A DNA stretch of 64,000 nt from a virus. Both the position numbers and the translations under genes were made by a program. The notes beneath the pieces were generated by a model, which saw only the letters and a program-made list of their open reading frames with translations, was not told the DNA's origin and did not search any database. Position 1 is the stretch's first letter, and every line of letters begins with the position of its first letter. The stretch covers positions 64,001 through 128,000 of IMG/VR virus record IMGVR_UViG_3300031603_000001. One strand, given 5' to 3'. Below, piece after piece: positions 1 through 8,952 of this stretch.

Positions 1-18
1 CGTGGTACCTACGTCAGT

Positions 19-936
19 ATGCCTTTACTTCTACAATCCCATGGTGATTTATCAGCAGACCTGCCCTATAGAGGCAACTATCTACTAGATGTACGCAGCT
101 TCCTTCCAGAAGAAACCAACATGACTGTAGAGTACTGCCCCCTATCAGCAGGGGATCTGTTTACATATTACCGAGCAGACATCGGAGGCGCGCTGTTGAA
201 TAACTCCGCTCTGAACTACTTACCAGTAGAAGACGCCCGTATGCCTCTGCCGATAGGATACTCTGATGTATTGCATGAGAATACACTACGGTACAATGGA
301 GACCCAACACCAACCTTCGTAGGTGTAGGAAATGATATAGACATCTCATTAATAAGTGAGACACCGGCATGGGTACAGACTTCTGCAGAACGTTCCAACG
401 GCGGACGTGACATGTGGGAGACACACTTGGTTGTACAAGATGCCGACGCGTCCACTATCACCTTAGGGGAACTCGCAGACTATTATGTCATTAAGCGAAT
501 GACAGGATCAGGGCAAGCCCTTTATAAAGGTGAAGGAACTCACACCTTAACACCTGGGATTTACAAAATTGTATTTAGTATTTCAGCAGACTCTTCAGAG
601 TTAGGACCTACTGCTACTCCTTCTAGTCCCGAAGTCGCAGGCATGACCATCGACACAGTAGATAGTATTAGTATGCAAGCATTCCCGATACCGTTCACTC
701 CTATAGATAACCCTATCACAGTGACCACTCCGCTTACTGCATATAGATTAGCGTCAGGTGCACTGACATACCAACATATTGAAGGCCTTGAGTACAAACT
801 TGCCTCACGGTCTCCCCTCACAACAGCTGTACCGGTAGCCGTTATCTTACGTGTGACGATGTCCACAGATAACCCAGGGGTAACCCCATTGGTACGTAGA
901 GTACGTCTTATGGCAACTACAGATATAAAGGTTTAA
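19..936 (+). CDS. putative virion structural (tail/baseplate region) protein
   Basis: 305-aa ORF, T/S/V/P-rich and beta-strand-like, first of a tightly packed + strand operon; function inferred from context only. Confidence 0.45.
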   Translation: MPLLLQSHGDLSADLPYRGNYLLDVRSFLPEETNMTVEYCPLSAGDLFTYYRADIGGALLNNSALNYLPVEDARMPLPIGYSDVLHENTLRYNGDPTPTFVGVGNDIDISLISETPAWVQTSAERSNGGRDMWETHLVVQDADASTITLGELADYYVIKRMTGSGQALYKGEGTHTLTPGIYKIVFSISADSSELGPTATPSSPEVAGMTIDTVDSISMQAFPIPFTPIDNPITVTTPLTAYRLASGALTYQHIEGLEYKLASRSPLTTAVPVAVILRVTMSTDNPGVTPLVRRVRLMATTDIKV

Positions 937-937
937 C

Positions 938-1192
938 ATGCCAAACACTAAGACACATGAAGTAGCACCCGGCATGCCACTGTCGGCATATGATTTCAAT
1001 ATCATGTTTGCCGAAGTTGTAGCTGATTGCTTAGAGATATTTACCACAGTGATACCTACCCAGGCTAACCCGGGAGTAGGGCCTCTTGCTTACATAGAAG
1101 ATCTAGCAGAGCTCACGAATACAACAGCATTCCTCACAGAATCTACTACAGATACAGAGGGTGATCATACTACCAATTGGAGATTGATTTAA
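938..1192 (+). CDS. hypothetical protein (structural operon)
   Basis: 84-aa ORF abutting both neighbours. Confidence 0.6.
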   Translation: MPNTKTHEVAPGMPLSAYDFNIMFAEVVADCLEIFTTVIPTQANPGVGPLAYIEDLAELTNTTAFLTESTTDTEGDHTTNWRLI

Positions 1193-2235
1193 TGAAGTAC
1201 TTCAAACAGAATGATAACATCGATCCAACGATCGTAAATCAAAACTTCAGTGAAATAGAGATACTTACAGCACGTGCCGCGCAATTCGTTAAAGAATTAT
1301 CACAACGCCATACAATGACAAACATGCTACTGAATAACCATAGTCTGATAAAGACATACGATGGCGCCTTGGCTACTGCTGTGATTGAATCTATGACAGG
1401 CGGTACAGATTATATATACATGCCTGGTATTACATTCATGACAGGACCAACCTCAATGGAACATATCCAATTAGAGAATGGGTACCTTTCGTTAGCATTC
1501 CAGTCAGAGACATCACGTATAGCCAGTCGTACCAATAAGTTCCAAGAACGTATTCCATCTGAGAATACTGTCTACGCCGCTGACAATAGCCAGACCATGG
1601 TATCGCCGGAGCTTATATTTTCTCAAGATGCAGCATGGGCTGAATCGTTAGAAGCATCTGATGTAAACATCACTGCCACCTTCCCTCCTAGTCTTGAGAC
1701 TAAATATAATTACGTTAAGATGCTTCCAGTACTACCGGATACATCTCTTGAACTAATTACACCAAACCTTTCTCCTATTGTACGTAACACCATAGGGCAC
1801 TTCCCTGAAGGACATTTTGGTTCACAACTTGTAGTTAAGTCTACTGGACGTGGAACCGGCGCCGGTGCTTTCTTACACAATGCAGGCCTAGTTGATGTAG
1901 GTTGGAGAGACTTCTACGAAGCAGGATCCGTTACTAAAAGGATCACGGTAAATGCAACAGAGTACGCGTCAATCACTTCAGCAGAGCTGTCTATTGCCTT
2001 TGGCCTTAATTACTCCCGCTTAGGACAGATAGCGCAACTCAAGATTAAACAATTCGATGCAGGTAATAGTCTGGTAGGTACAGTGTATGACTCAGACGTC
2101 GACACGTACCCTCTAGCATCCTCTGTCGCAATAGATGCCAATACTACGAGCATCAGTGTCACTGTGTCCCTGAAGCGGTACGCAAACTCTAGCGCCATTA
2201 TTAAAGGCGTAGTACTAAACCTATTAAGAAGCTAA
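1192..2235 (+). CDS. putative virion structural protein
   Basis: ORF track 1177..2235; the ATG at 1192 overlaps the upstream stop (TAATG) and is the likelier start; beta-sandwich-like C-terminus. Confidence 0.5.
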   Translation: MKYFKQNDNIDPTIVNQNFSEIEILTARAAQFVKELSQRHTMTNMLLNNHSLIKTYDGALATAVIESMTGGTDYIYMPGITFMTGPTSMEHIQLENGYLSLAFQSETSRIASRTNKFQERIPSENTVYAADNSQTMVSPELIFSQDAAWAESLEASDVNITATFPPSLETKYNYVKMLPVLPDTSLELITPNLSPIVRNTIGHFPEGHFGSQLVVKSTGRGTGAGAFLHNAGLVDVGWRDFYEAGSVTKRITVNATEYASITSAELSIAFGLNYSRLGQIAQLKIKQFDAGNSLVGTVYDSDVDTYPLASSVAIDANTTSISVTVSLKRYANSSAIIKGVVLNLLRS

Positions 2236-2246
2236 GGTAATTACTT

Positions 2247-2600
2247 ATGACAGCTCCAACATTAGATTCCCTTGATGGGAGAATCACCTTACTTACTGGT
2301 AAGGTAAACGCAATGCAAATCCAGTTTGATGGATTAGAAGAAGCACTTCGTGCTGTATTCGCATCCAAGACTGAGCTTGCCTCTGTTAACAACGCATTGT
2401 TATCGCAGATTACTAGTATAGGCACGCAAGTGTCGGAACTAACCGAACGTTACGCAACGATCGTAAGCCCAACGGCTACTAAGTTCTATCTCTCCGAAGC
2501 TGACATGAATGAATTACAAGAGGTAATACGCACCTGGCGGGCGCTGCTAACAGAAGTACAAAACGTCGTAGCAAACGCTGTGACTTCCCAAGCGAGATAA
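2247..2600 (+). CDS. coiled-coil hypothetical protein
   Basis: 117 aa with heptad-like L/I/V pattern. Confidence 0.6.
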   Translation: MTAPTLDSLDGRITLLTGKVNAMQIQFDGLEEALRAVFASKTELASVNNALLSQITSIGTQVSELTERYATIVSPTATKFYLSEADMNELQEVIRTWRALLTEVQNVVANAVTSQAR

Positions 2601-2603
2601 ACA

Positions 2604-3284
2604 ATGAAACTTAAGACTGCCTTTAGCCTGAGTGGCTGGCTACTCGTTATACTGCTTATGGCATATAACATTTTCTTTAATACAGCGGGCCCTCCACCTG
2701 TGTCAGACACAACAGCAATTGTGGATGTTATACCGGACATAGATGATGACGATAGTTTCACATGGTTCCCTGACACTATAAAAGTCGCTGTGCCATTTGC
2801 AGTCCCGGGTCCGATTAGGTATCTACCTACCGACCCGGATACTGTCTATGTTGATTCCTCCAAGGAACAAGTGATCGCATTGAAAGATTACATCGCTAGA
2901 CAGTACATATTTAAGTTACGTTACGTACAACCTAAGCTACAGGTGTCGTATATTTCAGCCGACACTACCAGTGCTGACTCGTTAAATCCATATTATATAC
3001 TTGCCGAGTACGAACTGCCACCAGCATTCCAGCTTGTCCCATTAAGGGACGGAACATACGATGTCCAAAGAATGGAACTCGTAAATAAACCACCAATCTA
3101 TACGCCACCGGCGTACACTATAAAGCATTATGCTGGTATTAGATTATTAGCTAAAGACACTCCCATTGCGGCCTATTACCAGAGCCGCCTTCTCTGGAAA
3201 AAGACAGAGACTAATCTAGGCCTATACCTAGGAACCAATGCTGCAGTGACAGCTAACCTCAGCGTTTCAGTACGCATACGATAG
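2604..3284 (+). CDS. N-terminally membrane-anchored protein (possible lysis or virion accessory)
   Basis: Hydrophobic N-terminus FSLSGWLLVILLMAYNIFF followed by a soluble domain. Confidence 0.5.
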   Translation: MKLKTAFSLSGWLLVILLMAYNIFFNTAGPPPVSDTTAIVDVIPDIDDDDSFTWFPDTIKVAVPFAVPGPIRYLPTDPDTVYVDSSKEQVIALKDYIARQYIFKLRYVQPKLQVSYISADTTSADSLNPYYILAEYELPPAFQLVPLRDGTYDVQRMELVNKPPIYTPPAYTIKHYAGIRLLAKDTPIAAYYQSRLLWKKTETNLGLYLGTNAAVTANLSVSVRIR

Positions 3285-3293
3285 GATATTAGA

Positions 3294-3800
3294 ATGACAT
3301 TAACTAAATTAGCCAAACTAGATGGAGTAGATACCTCGTTAGAGTTTGAAGACCCAGAAGGACGCGACGTACAAGCCATAGCAGTAATAGACGAAAACGG
3401 GGAACACGCAGGGGTTACTGGCACACCCATTAAAGTACAAATAGAAGGCCAAGGAGACGTAGTACTTGGCACAGCTGAAAACCCCCTTGAAGTAAAGGGA
3501 GGCCCCCCTCGCGCCTCCGTAGTCGAAAACCTCGACATGACTACAACTACAGCAGCGGCGGTACAGAGTGCTTTCGCAACCTTAACCCTCGCAGCAGTAC
3601 GGGACGTTCTAATTCAGAACCTCTCTACTTTTGATTGTTACGTAACCTTTGGGGGGACCGCAGTGACTGCAGTAGTAGCCACACATACACTCCTTCGTGC
3701 TAGTGGATCGATCAACCTGGAGAACGTAAAGTTCAACAACTTCTCGGTAATACGAATCGCCGACAACGTAAACGTACGCATCACCGGAATAGGTGGATAA
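3294..3800 (+). CDS. putative virion/decoration protein ending in GG
   Basis: 168-aa ORF, beta-rich second half, C-terminus ITGIGG. Confidence 0.5.
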   Translation: MTLTKLAKLDGVDTSLEFEDPEGRDVQAIAVIDENGEHAGVTGTPIKVQIEGQGDVVLGTAENPLEVKGGPPRASVVENLDMTTTTAAAVQSAFATLTLAAVRDVLIQNLSTFDCYVTFGGTAVTAVVATHTLLRASGSINLENVKFNNFSVIRIADNVNVRITGIGG

Positions 3801-3802
3801 AC

Positions 3803-3991
3803 GTGCCTATTAATGAATCAGCTATTATACCTACAGTATATGAATACTCAAGCTCTCATAACGAGCAGGCCTTTGCTCTTGCTGCCGTTGCCGATATTTC
3901 GGCTGGAAATGATATAGCCGTACAACTAACTTCCACGCTCGGTACGGCAACGATGCTAAATAGGGGTATATTTGCCATAAAGGTGAGTTAA
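3803..3991 (+). CDS. small hypothetical protein (possibly a fragment)
   Basis: 62-aa ORF with GTG start that fills the gap between neighbours. Confidence 0.4.
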   Translation: MPINESAIIPTVYEYSSSHNEQAFALAAVADISAGNDIAVQLTSTLGTATMLNRGIFAIKVS

Positions 3992-4510
3992 ATGCTGATT
4001 GATGACGGCGGACCCACAGATCACCCAGCCAAACTGATTGCCCCACGGAGACGCCGCCGCCGAACACCTAAACGAACCTGTATCTCTAAATTCCAGAGAC
4101 ATGTTGCAGGTTTATTCAGGCAAGTGCTTGGTGATAGTTACATGCGCTACGAACTTAATTGGTCCTGGTTAAAGAACGAGGATGGTAATGATCTTTACCT
4201 TGATATTTACTTCCCGAGCTACTCGCTTGCAATTGAAGCGCACGGTGCCCAGCACTACACCTACCCCAACTTCTACCATAAAACCTATCCTGATTACGAA
4301 CGGCAGCGTTCTAACGACAGAACAAAACGACGACTCCTCAAAGAACACGGAATAAAGTACATAGCTGTACGTGAAACCCCGAAACCTAAGTTAGAGGACG
4401 TGGTTAAACTACTTAAGTCAATAGGAATAGTACCTGGAGTACCTCCTCTTGTACAAGTAAACAATACTATGTTCACTGATGGACCACAACGTCGCAACAA
4501 ACGGAAATAA
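3992..4510 (+). CDS. DUF559/Vsr-like PD-(D/E)xK endonuclease
   Basis: LYLDIYFPSYSLAIEAHGAQHY and DRTKRRLLKEHGIKYIAV match the typical D..F....LAIE.DG.QH / D..K...L...GI..I pattern. Confidence 0.7.
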   Translation: MLIDDGGPTDHPAKLIAPRRRRRRTPKRTCISKFQRHVAGLFRQVLGDSYMRYELNWSWLKNEDGNDLYLDIYFPSYSLAIEAHGAQHYTYPNFYHKTYPDYERQRSNDRTKRRLLKEHGIKYIAVRETPKPKLEDVVKLLKSIGIVPGVPPLVQVNNTMFTDGPQRRNKRK

Positions 4511-4511
4511 C

Positions 4512-4766
4512 ATGTCCCCATATATTAGTAAACAATCTTCTGAGTACGTCTCAGGAAGCTGGAATCGCTCTACTATCGCTAAAGGAATAAAGAGTGCAAC
4601 CTTCGTCTGTCCGACATGCAAAGGCACTATGTCTTTGTCTCATCACCTCATAACCAAGATAGGTGCAGTTACACCCAGTGTCATGTGTCCTTACGACTGT
4701 ACATTTCACAAATGGGTAGTACTAGCAGGCTGGTACGAACCTATAATTCCTACAGGCTCTGTGTGA
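4512..4766 (+). CDS. small putative Zn-binding protein
   Basis: CPTC...TPSVMCPYDCTFH; ATG at 4512 follows the upstream stop (track start 4479). Confidence 0.55.
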   Translation: MSPYISKQSSEYVSGSWNRSTIAKGIKSATFVCPTCKGTMSLSHHLITKIGAVTPSVMCPYDCTFHKWVVLAGWYEPIIPTGSV

Positions 4767-4783
4767 ATACCTATAATTCCTAC
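4739..4783. repeat. 15-bp direct repeat ACCTATAATTCCTAC x2
   Basis: Identical copies at 4739-4753 and 4769-4783. Confidence 0.85.
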
Positions 4784-4799
4784 GTAATATCTGTTATTC

Positions 4800-4880
4800 A
4801 CACTCCCGCCCACTTATCCCGATTATAAATAAATAAAGAACCGCTTTGGTTCTCTAACACTCCCGCCCACTTATCCCGAT
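4800..4880. repeat. 24-bp direct repeat ACACTCCCGCCCACTTATCCCGAT x2 with a 33-bp spacer
   Basis: Identical copies at 4800-4823 and 4857-4880; the spacer holds hairpin AGAACC-GCTTT-GGTTCT (4837-4853). Confidence 0.9.
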
Positions 4881-4887
4881 GGTTAAT

Positions 4888-4920
4888 AAAAAAGAGGACC
4901 CTGTAGATTAGGGCCCTCTT
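4888..4920 (-). terminator. intrinsic terminator for the minus-strand transcript
   Basis: Minus RNA AAGAGGGCCCU-loop-AGGGUCCUCUU (one G-U pair) followed by a U-run, just after the last minus-strand ORF. Confidence 0.8.
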
Positions 4921-4944
4921 AGTAAAGCTATGACTCAAGTGTCT

Positions 4945-5214
4945 CTAGTCAGGAGACTCGTCATTCCAATACCTCTGTGGAGGATTGGCGTGTACATTTG
5001 TAGGTCTACTCGGTTGGTTAGGACCTCTCTTGTGAAAAGGCTGCTGACCGTTTGTTGGCAGCTTCTTACCATAGCGTCGTTCACTGTAAGCTTCTCTCTC
5101 ACGATCTGCTTTATAACCTTTAACAGTATAATGAACTGACTGTGCCTCTCGGGCAACCGAACCTATAGCTTGTATAATCCGAGCTACAAACAGGACTTTC
5201 TTCCATCCACTCAT
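4945..5214 (-). CDS. hypothetical protein
   Basis: 89 aa, AAGGAG ribosome-binding site upstream; preferred over the overlapping 73-aa frame. Confidence 0.6.
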   Translation of the reverse strand: MSGWKKVLFVARIIQAIGSVAREAQSVHYTVKGYKADREREAYSERRYGKKLPTNGQQPFHKRGPNQPSRPTNVHANPPQRYWNDESPD

Positions 5215-5233
5215 TGTATCTCCTTACAGCTTC

Positions 5234-5698
5234 CTACTCCTCGTGTATGATTTCCCAGGTTAGGGTACTCATAACGCGGTGTGTTTGTTGGTTACAGTTT
5301 TCACACTCAAAGACTACATGAATCTCGTCTTCACTGCGTGTCCACGGTGACCCTTCAACGTGTTCTTCAACTGCCACAACCTTCATTGGAAGTAAACAAT
5401 CGTTACACTCTGCATCTCCGTAATCCTCTACATCAAGTCGTACTAGGACATCCTTCTTACATGCATTCTCGGTAAACATCAGTGCGATGCCATTGATGAG
5501 CATGGTGCCAGGTTTGGCCATAATGATTCCAGCAGTGTTCGAGTACACTGTCCAGATCTTGTTAAGAGATATTGCGGTTTGAACTGTATTGTAAGCGCCT
5601 TCTATCTCAGCATAGTCCTGCCATAGGGTAACTTCCTCATCCCCACGGCCTATTGGTCTATACTTGCGATTGAATTCATCGAACGCTAATACTATCAC
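5234..5698 (-). CDS. hypothetical protein with two CxxC pairs
   Basis: CNDC...CENC; overlaps the upstream gene by 4 nt. Confidence 0.65.
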   Translation of the reverse strand: MIVLAFDEFNRKYRPIGRGDEEVTLWQDYAEIEGAYNTVQTAISLNKIWTVYSNTAGIIMAKPGTMLINGIALMFTENACKKDVLVRLDVEDYGDAECNDCLLPMKVVAVEEHVEGSPWTRSEDEIHVVFECENCNQQTHRVMSTLTWEIIHEE

Positions 5699-5955
5699 GG
5701 CTTCGCAGGCGAGTTACCGCCATATCGATTCATGAAAGATGACACAACACTGTTGTACTGACTTCCATTGAGGAAGTAGAATACCCATACTATTCCAGTC
5801 AGGGCATTTGTGCCGACAGGTACTGGTGCTCCACTAATAGAAGCACTAATGTACAAGCCACAGACAACCATAGTCCACACCAACGTAATGAAACGTCGGA
5901 AGGAAACTTCGTTATCCTTATGAAGTAAATGATTCTTAGTCAAATCGCTCTCCAT
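5695..5955 (-). CDS. small two-TM membrane protein (holin-like topology)
   Basis: Two hydrophobic segments in 86 aa. Confidence 0.55.
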   Translation of the reverse strand: MESDLTKNHLLHKDNEVSFRRFITLVWTMVVCGLYISASISGAPVPVGTNALTGIVWVFYFLNGSQYNSVVSSFMNRYGGNSPAKP

Positions 5956-6498
5956 TTACACCGGGTTAAACCCCGGATTTGTTATGAGGAAGTCTCTTAC
6001 TTTAGCTTTAAGCAAAGTACGAGCTTCTCTCTCTGTGTGTATAAATCTATCAGCAAAGAACTCTACCCTAGTACAATCATTACGTGCATAAGCCTTGGCA
6101 GAAGCCGAGCCCATTACAAAGATAGGTGTAATCTGATCATAAATATTACGCACAATGCATTTCTTAAACTCAAGAATTACCGCAGGCACCTCTACCGTAT
6201 CACCGGTAGCAATATGAACACCAGTTGTAGCTGCTACAGCTACATCTATATTCAACTGTCCATCTAGGTCTTTCATTGCTTTAAGTACATTAGGAGCGAT
6301 ATGCTCCATACCAGCTCTACCAAGCATGCTGATCTTTATTTCAAGGTAAGGCTTATGATCATCAATACAGATAGAATCTATCTTAACGTCACCTTCCCTC
6401 GGTGCCCAGGAGTGTACCTTGGAGTCTTCAGTTGTAACGGTTACGAAATCAACCGTACAATCCTCCTCCCATATGTTACGACCTGCAACACTAATCAT
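5956..6498 (-). CDS. hypothetical protein (C-terminal KVRDFLI motif)
   Basis: 180-aa ORF in a coupled chain. Confidence 0.7.
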   Translation of the reverse strand: MISVAGRNIWEEDCTVDFVTVTTEDSKVHSWAPREGDVKIDSICIDDHKPYLEIKISMLGRAGMEHIAPNVLKAMKDLDGQLNIDVAVAATTGVHIATGDTVEVPAVILEFKKCIVRNIYDQITPIFVMGSASAKAYARNDCTRVEFFADRFIHTEREARTLLKAKVRDFLITNPGFNPV

Positions 6499-7003
6499 AA
6501 AAGATCATCACTTCCTCAGTTTCTACGACAAGGAAGTCACTGAGCTTAGGCTTGATTGTAATATCCATAACTATGTGCTCTAGGGGAGTAGGCTCAGCAG
6601 GTACTGCATAGAAAGCTTTGCCATGTATTAGCATGTCTATCTCCATTACATTAGAAGAAGCGCTCATACCGGTGCTATGGCTATGAGTATACCCTTCGCA
6701 TATAAATGCAGAAGATGTCATAGAACCAGACGCCACCTCACGTCGCGTCTCTAAGGTGACCTTTATGTCACCAACATTGAACATACATTCGTACAAGATA
6801 GGGTAGTCCTCTTGTATGAGACTGTACATAGCAGGACACACCTTTAGTTTTAACTCAAAGCTTGTCTGTCCAGACGCGTCCGCTGTGCCACTGAATCCAT
6901 CAACAGTCACTTGGTTACCAGGCCTTATAGTCTGCTGTACGCCCTCTTGCACACAACTAATTTCAACTACACTAGTGTAGTCCCGATGTGCGAAAAGTGC
7001 CAT
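6491..7003 (-). CDS. hypothetical protein (C-terminal KLSDFLV motif)
   Basis: 170-aa ORF in a coupled chain. Confidence 0.7.
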   Translation of the reverse strand: MALFAHRDYTSVVEISCVQEGVQQTIRPGNQVTVDGFSGTADASGQTSFELKLKVCPAMYSLIQEDYPILYECMFNVGDIKVTLETRREVASGSMTSSAFICEGYTHSHSTGMSASSNVMEIDMLIHGKAFYAVPAEPTPLEHIVMDITIKPKLSDFLVVETEEVMIFYD

Positions 7004-7362
7004 TATAGATCCAAGGTTGGTTCATGTACCAAGAAATCTGTGATCTTAAGGTCGTTAGCAAATCCTTTTCTACGTACCTGACGATTAAGTTCTATTTGAT
7101 TGTCAACAATCCAACTCTTAACCTTCTTGAATATAGAATGAGTATCTGGTACAAACTTATAACCTTTAGCCCTCTTCTTACCGATCATGGTATTCGCATT
7201 ACCCTTGTCGTAAACATGGGTCTGTGGTCCAATGTTATCGGTGTTCTTTCCGTACAATGCAAGGCCGGCCCCGTTGATGGGAAAAGGAAGTATAGCATAA
7301 AACTTATCACTAGTATCTTCTTTATAATGCATCACGGTCAGACCTTTAATATCTGCAGGCAT
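7003..7362 (-). CDS. WGR-domain-like protein
   Basis: SDKFY...YGK...G...KKRAKGY matches the WGR signature; AAGGAGG ribosome-binding site. Confidence 0.6.
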   Translation of the reverse strand: MPADIKGLTVMHYKEDTSDKFYAILPFPINGAGLALYGKNTDNIGPQTHVYDKGNANTMIGKKRAKGYKFVPDTHSIFKKVKSWIVDNQIELNRQVRRKGFANDLKITDFLVHEPTLDL

Positions 7363-7371
7363 GCTGCCTCC

Positions 7372-7506
7372 TTACTTAGAAAAGATGTCTGCTATTAGAA
7401 CGCAGACAATAATAAGAATTGCAATCCAGGTGAGCACCCGATTAATCTTACGATTAGTCTTATCCTCTGGGGAAGTACATCCCAGATCGCAATTCTCACA
7501 ACTCAT
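7372..7506 (-). CDS. 44-aa Cys-rich single-TM protein (below ORF-track cutoff)
   Basis: MSCENCDLGC...LTWIAILIIVCVLIADIFSK; ATG directly follows the upstream TAA and its stop overlaps the next ribosome-binding site. Confidence 0.6.
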   Translation of the reverse strand: MSCENCDLGCTSPEDKTNRKINRVLTWIAILIIVCVLIADIFSK

Positions 7507-8364
7507 TTAGAGCTTTGGAGTACTAATGAAGCGTTCCATCATTTCCGAATCACGAAGGGCCGGCATATCTGAGCAAATGCCCAGGATCATAGCCTTAGGG
7601 CCTTTGTGATCCAACTCACTGTCAAACATAAGACGATAGTCTGACATATCATCCACTAGCATCTCACGAACCTGGCTAAGCCAGTCATCAATACGGGATT
7701 CGAACAAGTTTTCAGCTTCTAATGCCTCTTCAGCAGCAATCTCTTCGTCAACCTCCTTCTGTGCTAATGCTATTTGAGCTTCGATTTCTTTCTCAATCTT
7801 AGCGATCAAGATCCATTCCATAATAGTTTCGCCTAGTACTTCGGCAATACATACACTGAAAGGTTCGACACCCAGTTGGTGCACTTCACACAGAGAGAAT
7901 TCATCTGAATCAAGAATCTCACCATCGGTGGTGTCTTTAACGACATAATAGAACTTGTCATTACATCTGTTAACTAGTAACAGAATATTACCCGGAAGGA
8001 TAACACTTGTACGGTCTTCAAAGATCTTGTAACGACCGAAGTCTACTTTGTATCCCATGCTTATACCTCTTTCACTTCGTGCATAGGCCGCTAATCCCAA
8101 CGAATGTCGGTCGGAGAGGTCTAATGCAGGATAAATAGCTGAAAGTAAATCATCATCCGAGAGCCGGTATTCTCCGAAGACATTCTTAGCTTCGAGTACT
8201 CCCGGTAGGACGATTAATTCAGCGGCAGACCATCCGCGTGCGGAGTCTGCGTTATAGATAGGACGAAACCTATCTGTTCGGGGGGCAGCTCTATGCAATT
8301 CTGCATTATAAAAGCTAGCGTATTGAGCGCCGTCAGTCGCCAACACGAATATTGGATTGTACAT
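7507..8364 (-). CDS. hypothetical protein
   Basis: 285 aa, acidic helical C-terminal half. Confidence 0.7.
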   Translation of the reverse strand: MYNPIFVLATDGAQYASFYNAELHRAAPRTDRFRPIYNADSARGWSAAELIVLPGVLEAKNVFGEYRLSDDDLLSAIYPALDLSDRHSLGLAAYARSERGISMGYKVDFGRYKIFEDRTSVILPGNILLLVNRCNDKFYYVVKDTTDGEILDSDEFSLCEVHQLGVEPFSVCIAEVLGETIMEWILIAKIEKEIEAQIALAQKEVDEEIAAEEALEAENLFESRIDDWLSQVREMLVDDMSDYRLMFDSELDHKGPKAMILGICSDMPALRDSEMMERFISTPKL

Positions 8365-8641
8365 CTATCCATTTTCCTTCAGGTAATTCCAACGCCCTGC
8401 CTCGTAATATATCATTGAGGACATCGTTGTCAACACCATATTTAATCAGGGTATCCCACTTTACTCTGTGGAATGTCTCTGGTTTACCACAGTACTTACA
8501 CCCACAGTGTACTCTAAACTCCTCAGAGAAGTTAGACGACACCGGGTGTATTGAATGCATCTGTTGTCTGTGATCTTCCTGGACTATCCATTTGAATATC
8601 CAGAAGTTCTTTGTGATCCTAGGACCTTTGGGGCATTTCAT
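8333..8641 (-). CDS. hypothetical protein with CKYC motif
   Basis: 102 aa, coupled to the upstream gene. Confidence 0.6.
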   Translation of the reverse strand: MKCPKGPRITKNFWIFKWIVQEDHRQQMHSIHPVSSNFSEEFRVHCGCKYCGKPETFHRVKWDTLIKYGVDNDVLNDILRGRALELPEGKWIDVQSNIRVGD

Positions 8642-8880
8642 ACTCGCTGTACCCCCGGATCGCCATCTTCAACTAAGAAGTCTGACGGCTTAAGCGCAGC
8701 CAGGCGTTTACGCTCTTCCTGCTTAACGAGAAGATCTGCGGCTTGTCTGCTCCATAGATCATCCTGCAACACACGTACAGAAGCTTCCGCCCTTTGTAAA
8801 TCAATACTGTTCTTACAATGTGGGCATGTAATGTCCCCACCAGAACTATTCTCCGTATAGAAATCAGTATCATGTGCCAT
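8638..8880 (-). CDS. small Zn-ribbon protein (C-terminal KPSDFLV motif)
   Basis: CPHC; 80 aa. Confidence 0.6.
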   Translation of the reverse strand: MAHDTDFYTENSSGGDITCPHCKNSIDLQRAEASVRVLQDDLWSRQAADLLVKQEERKRLAALKPSDFLVEDGDPGVQRV

Positions 8881-8952
8881 TAGTTACCACAATTGGGATT
8901 TACACAATCATCAGTTGGCCAACCAAATGGACCGCACTCTTGAAACTTCAGA

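Noticed and set aside
4800-4880. Bona fide CRISPR array
   Set aside because: Only two repeats, no recognised repeat family and no cas operon; kept only as an unexplained repeat.
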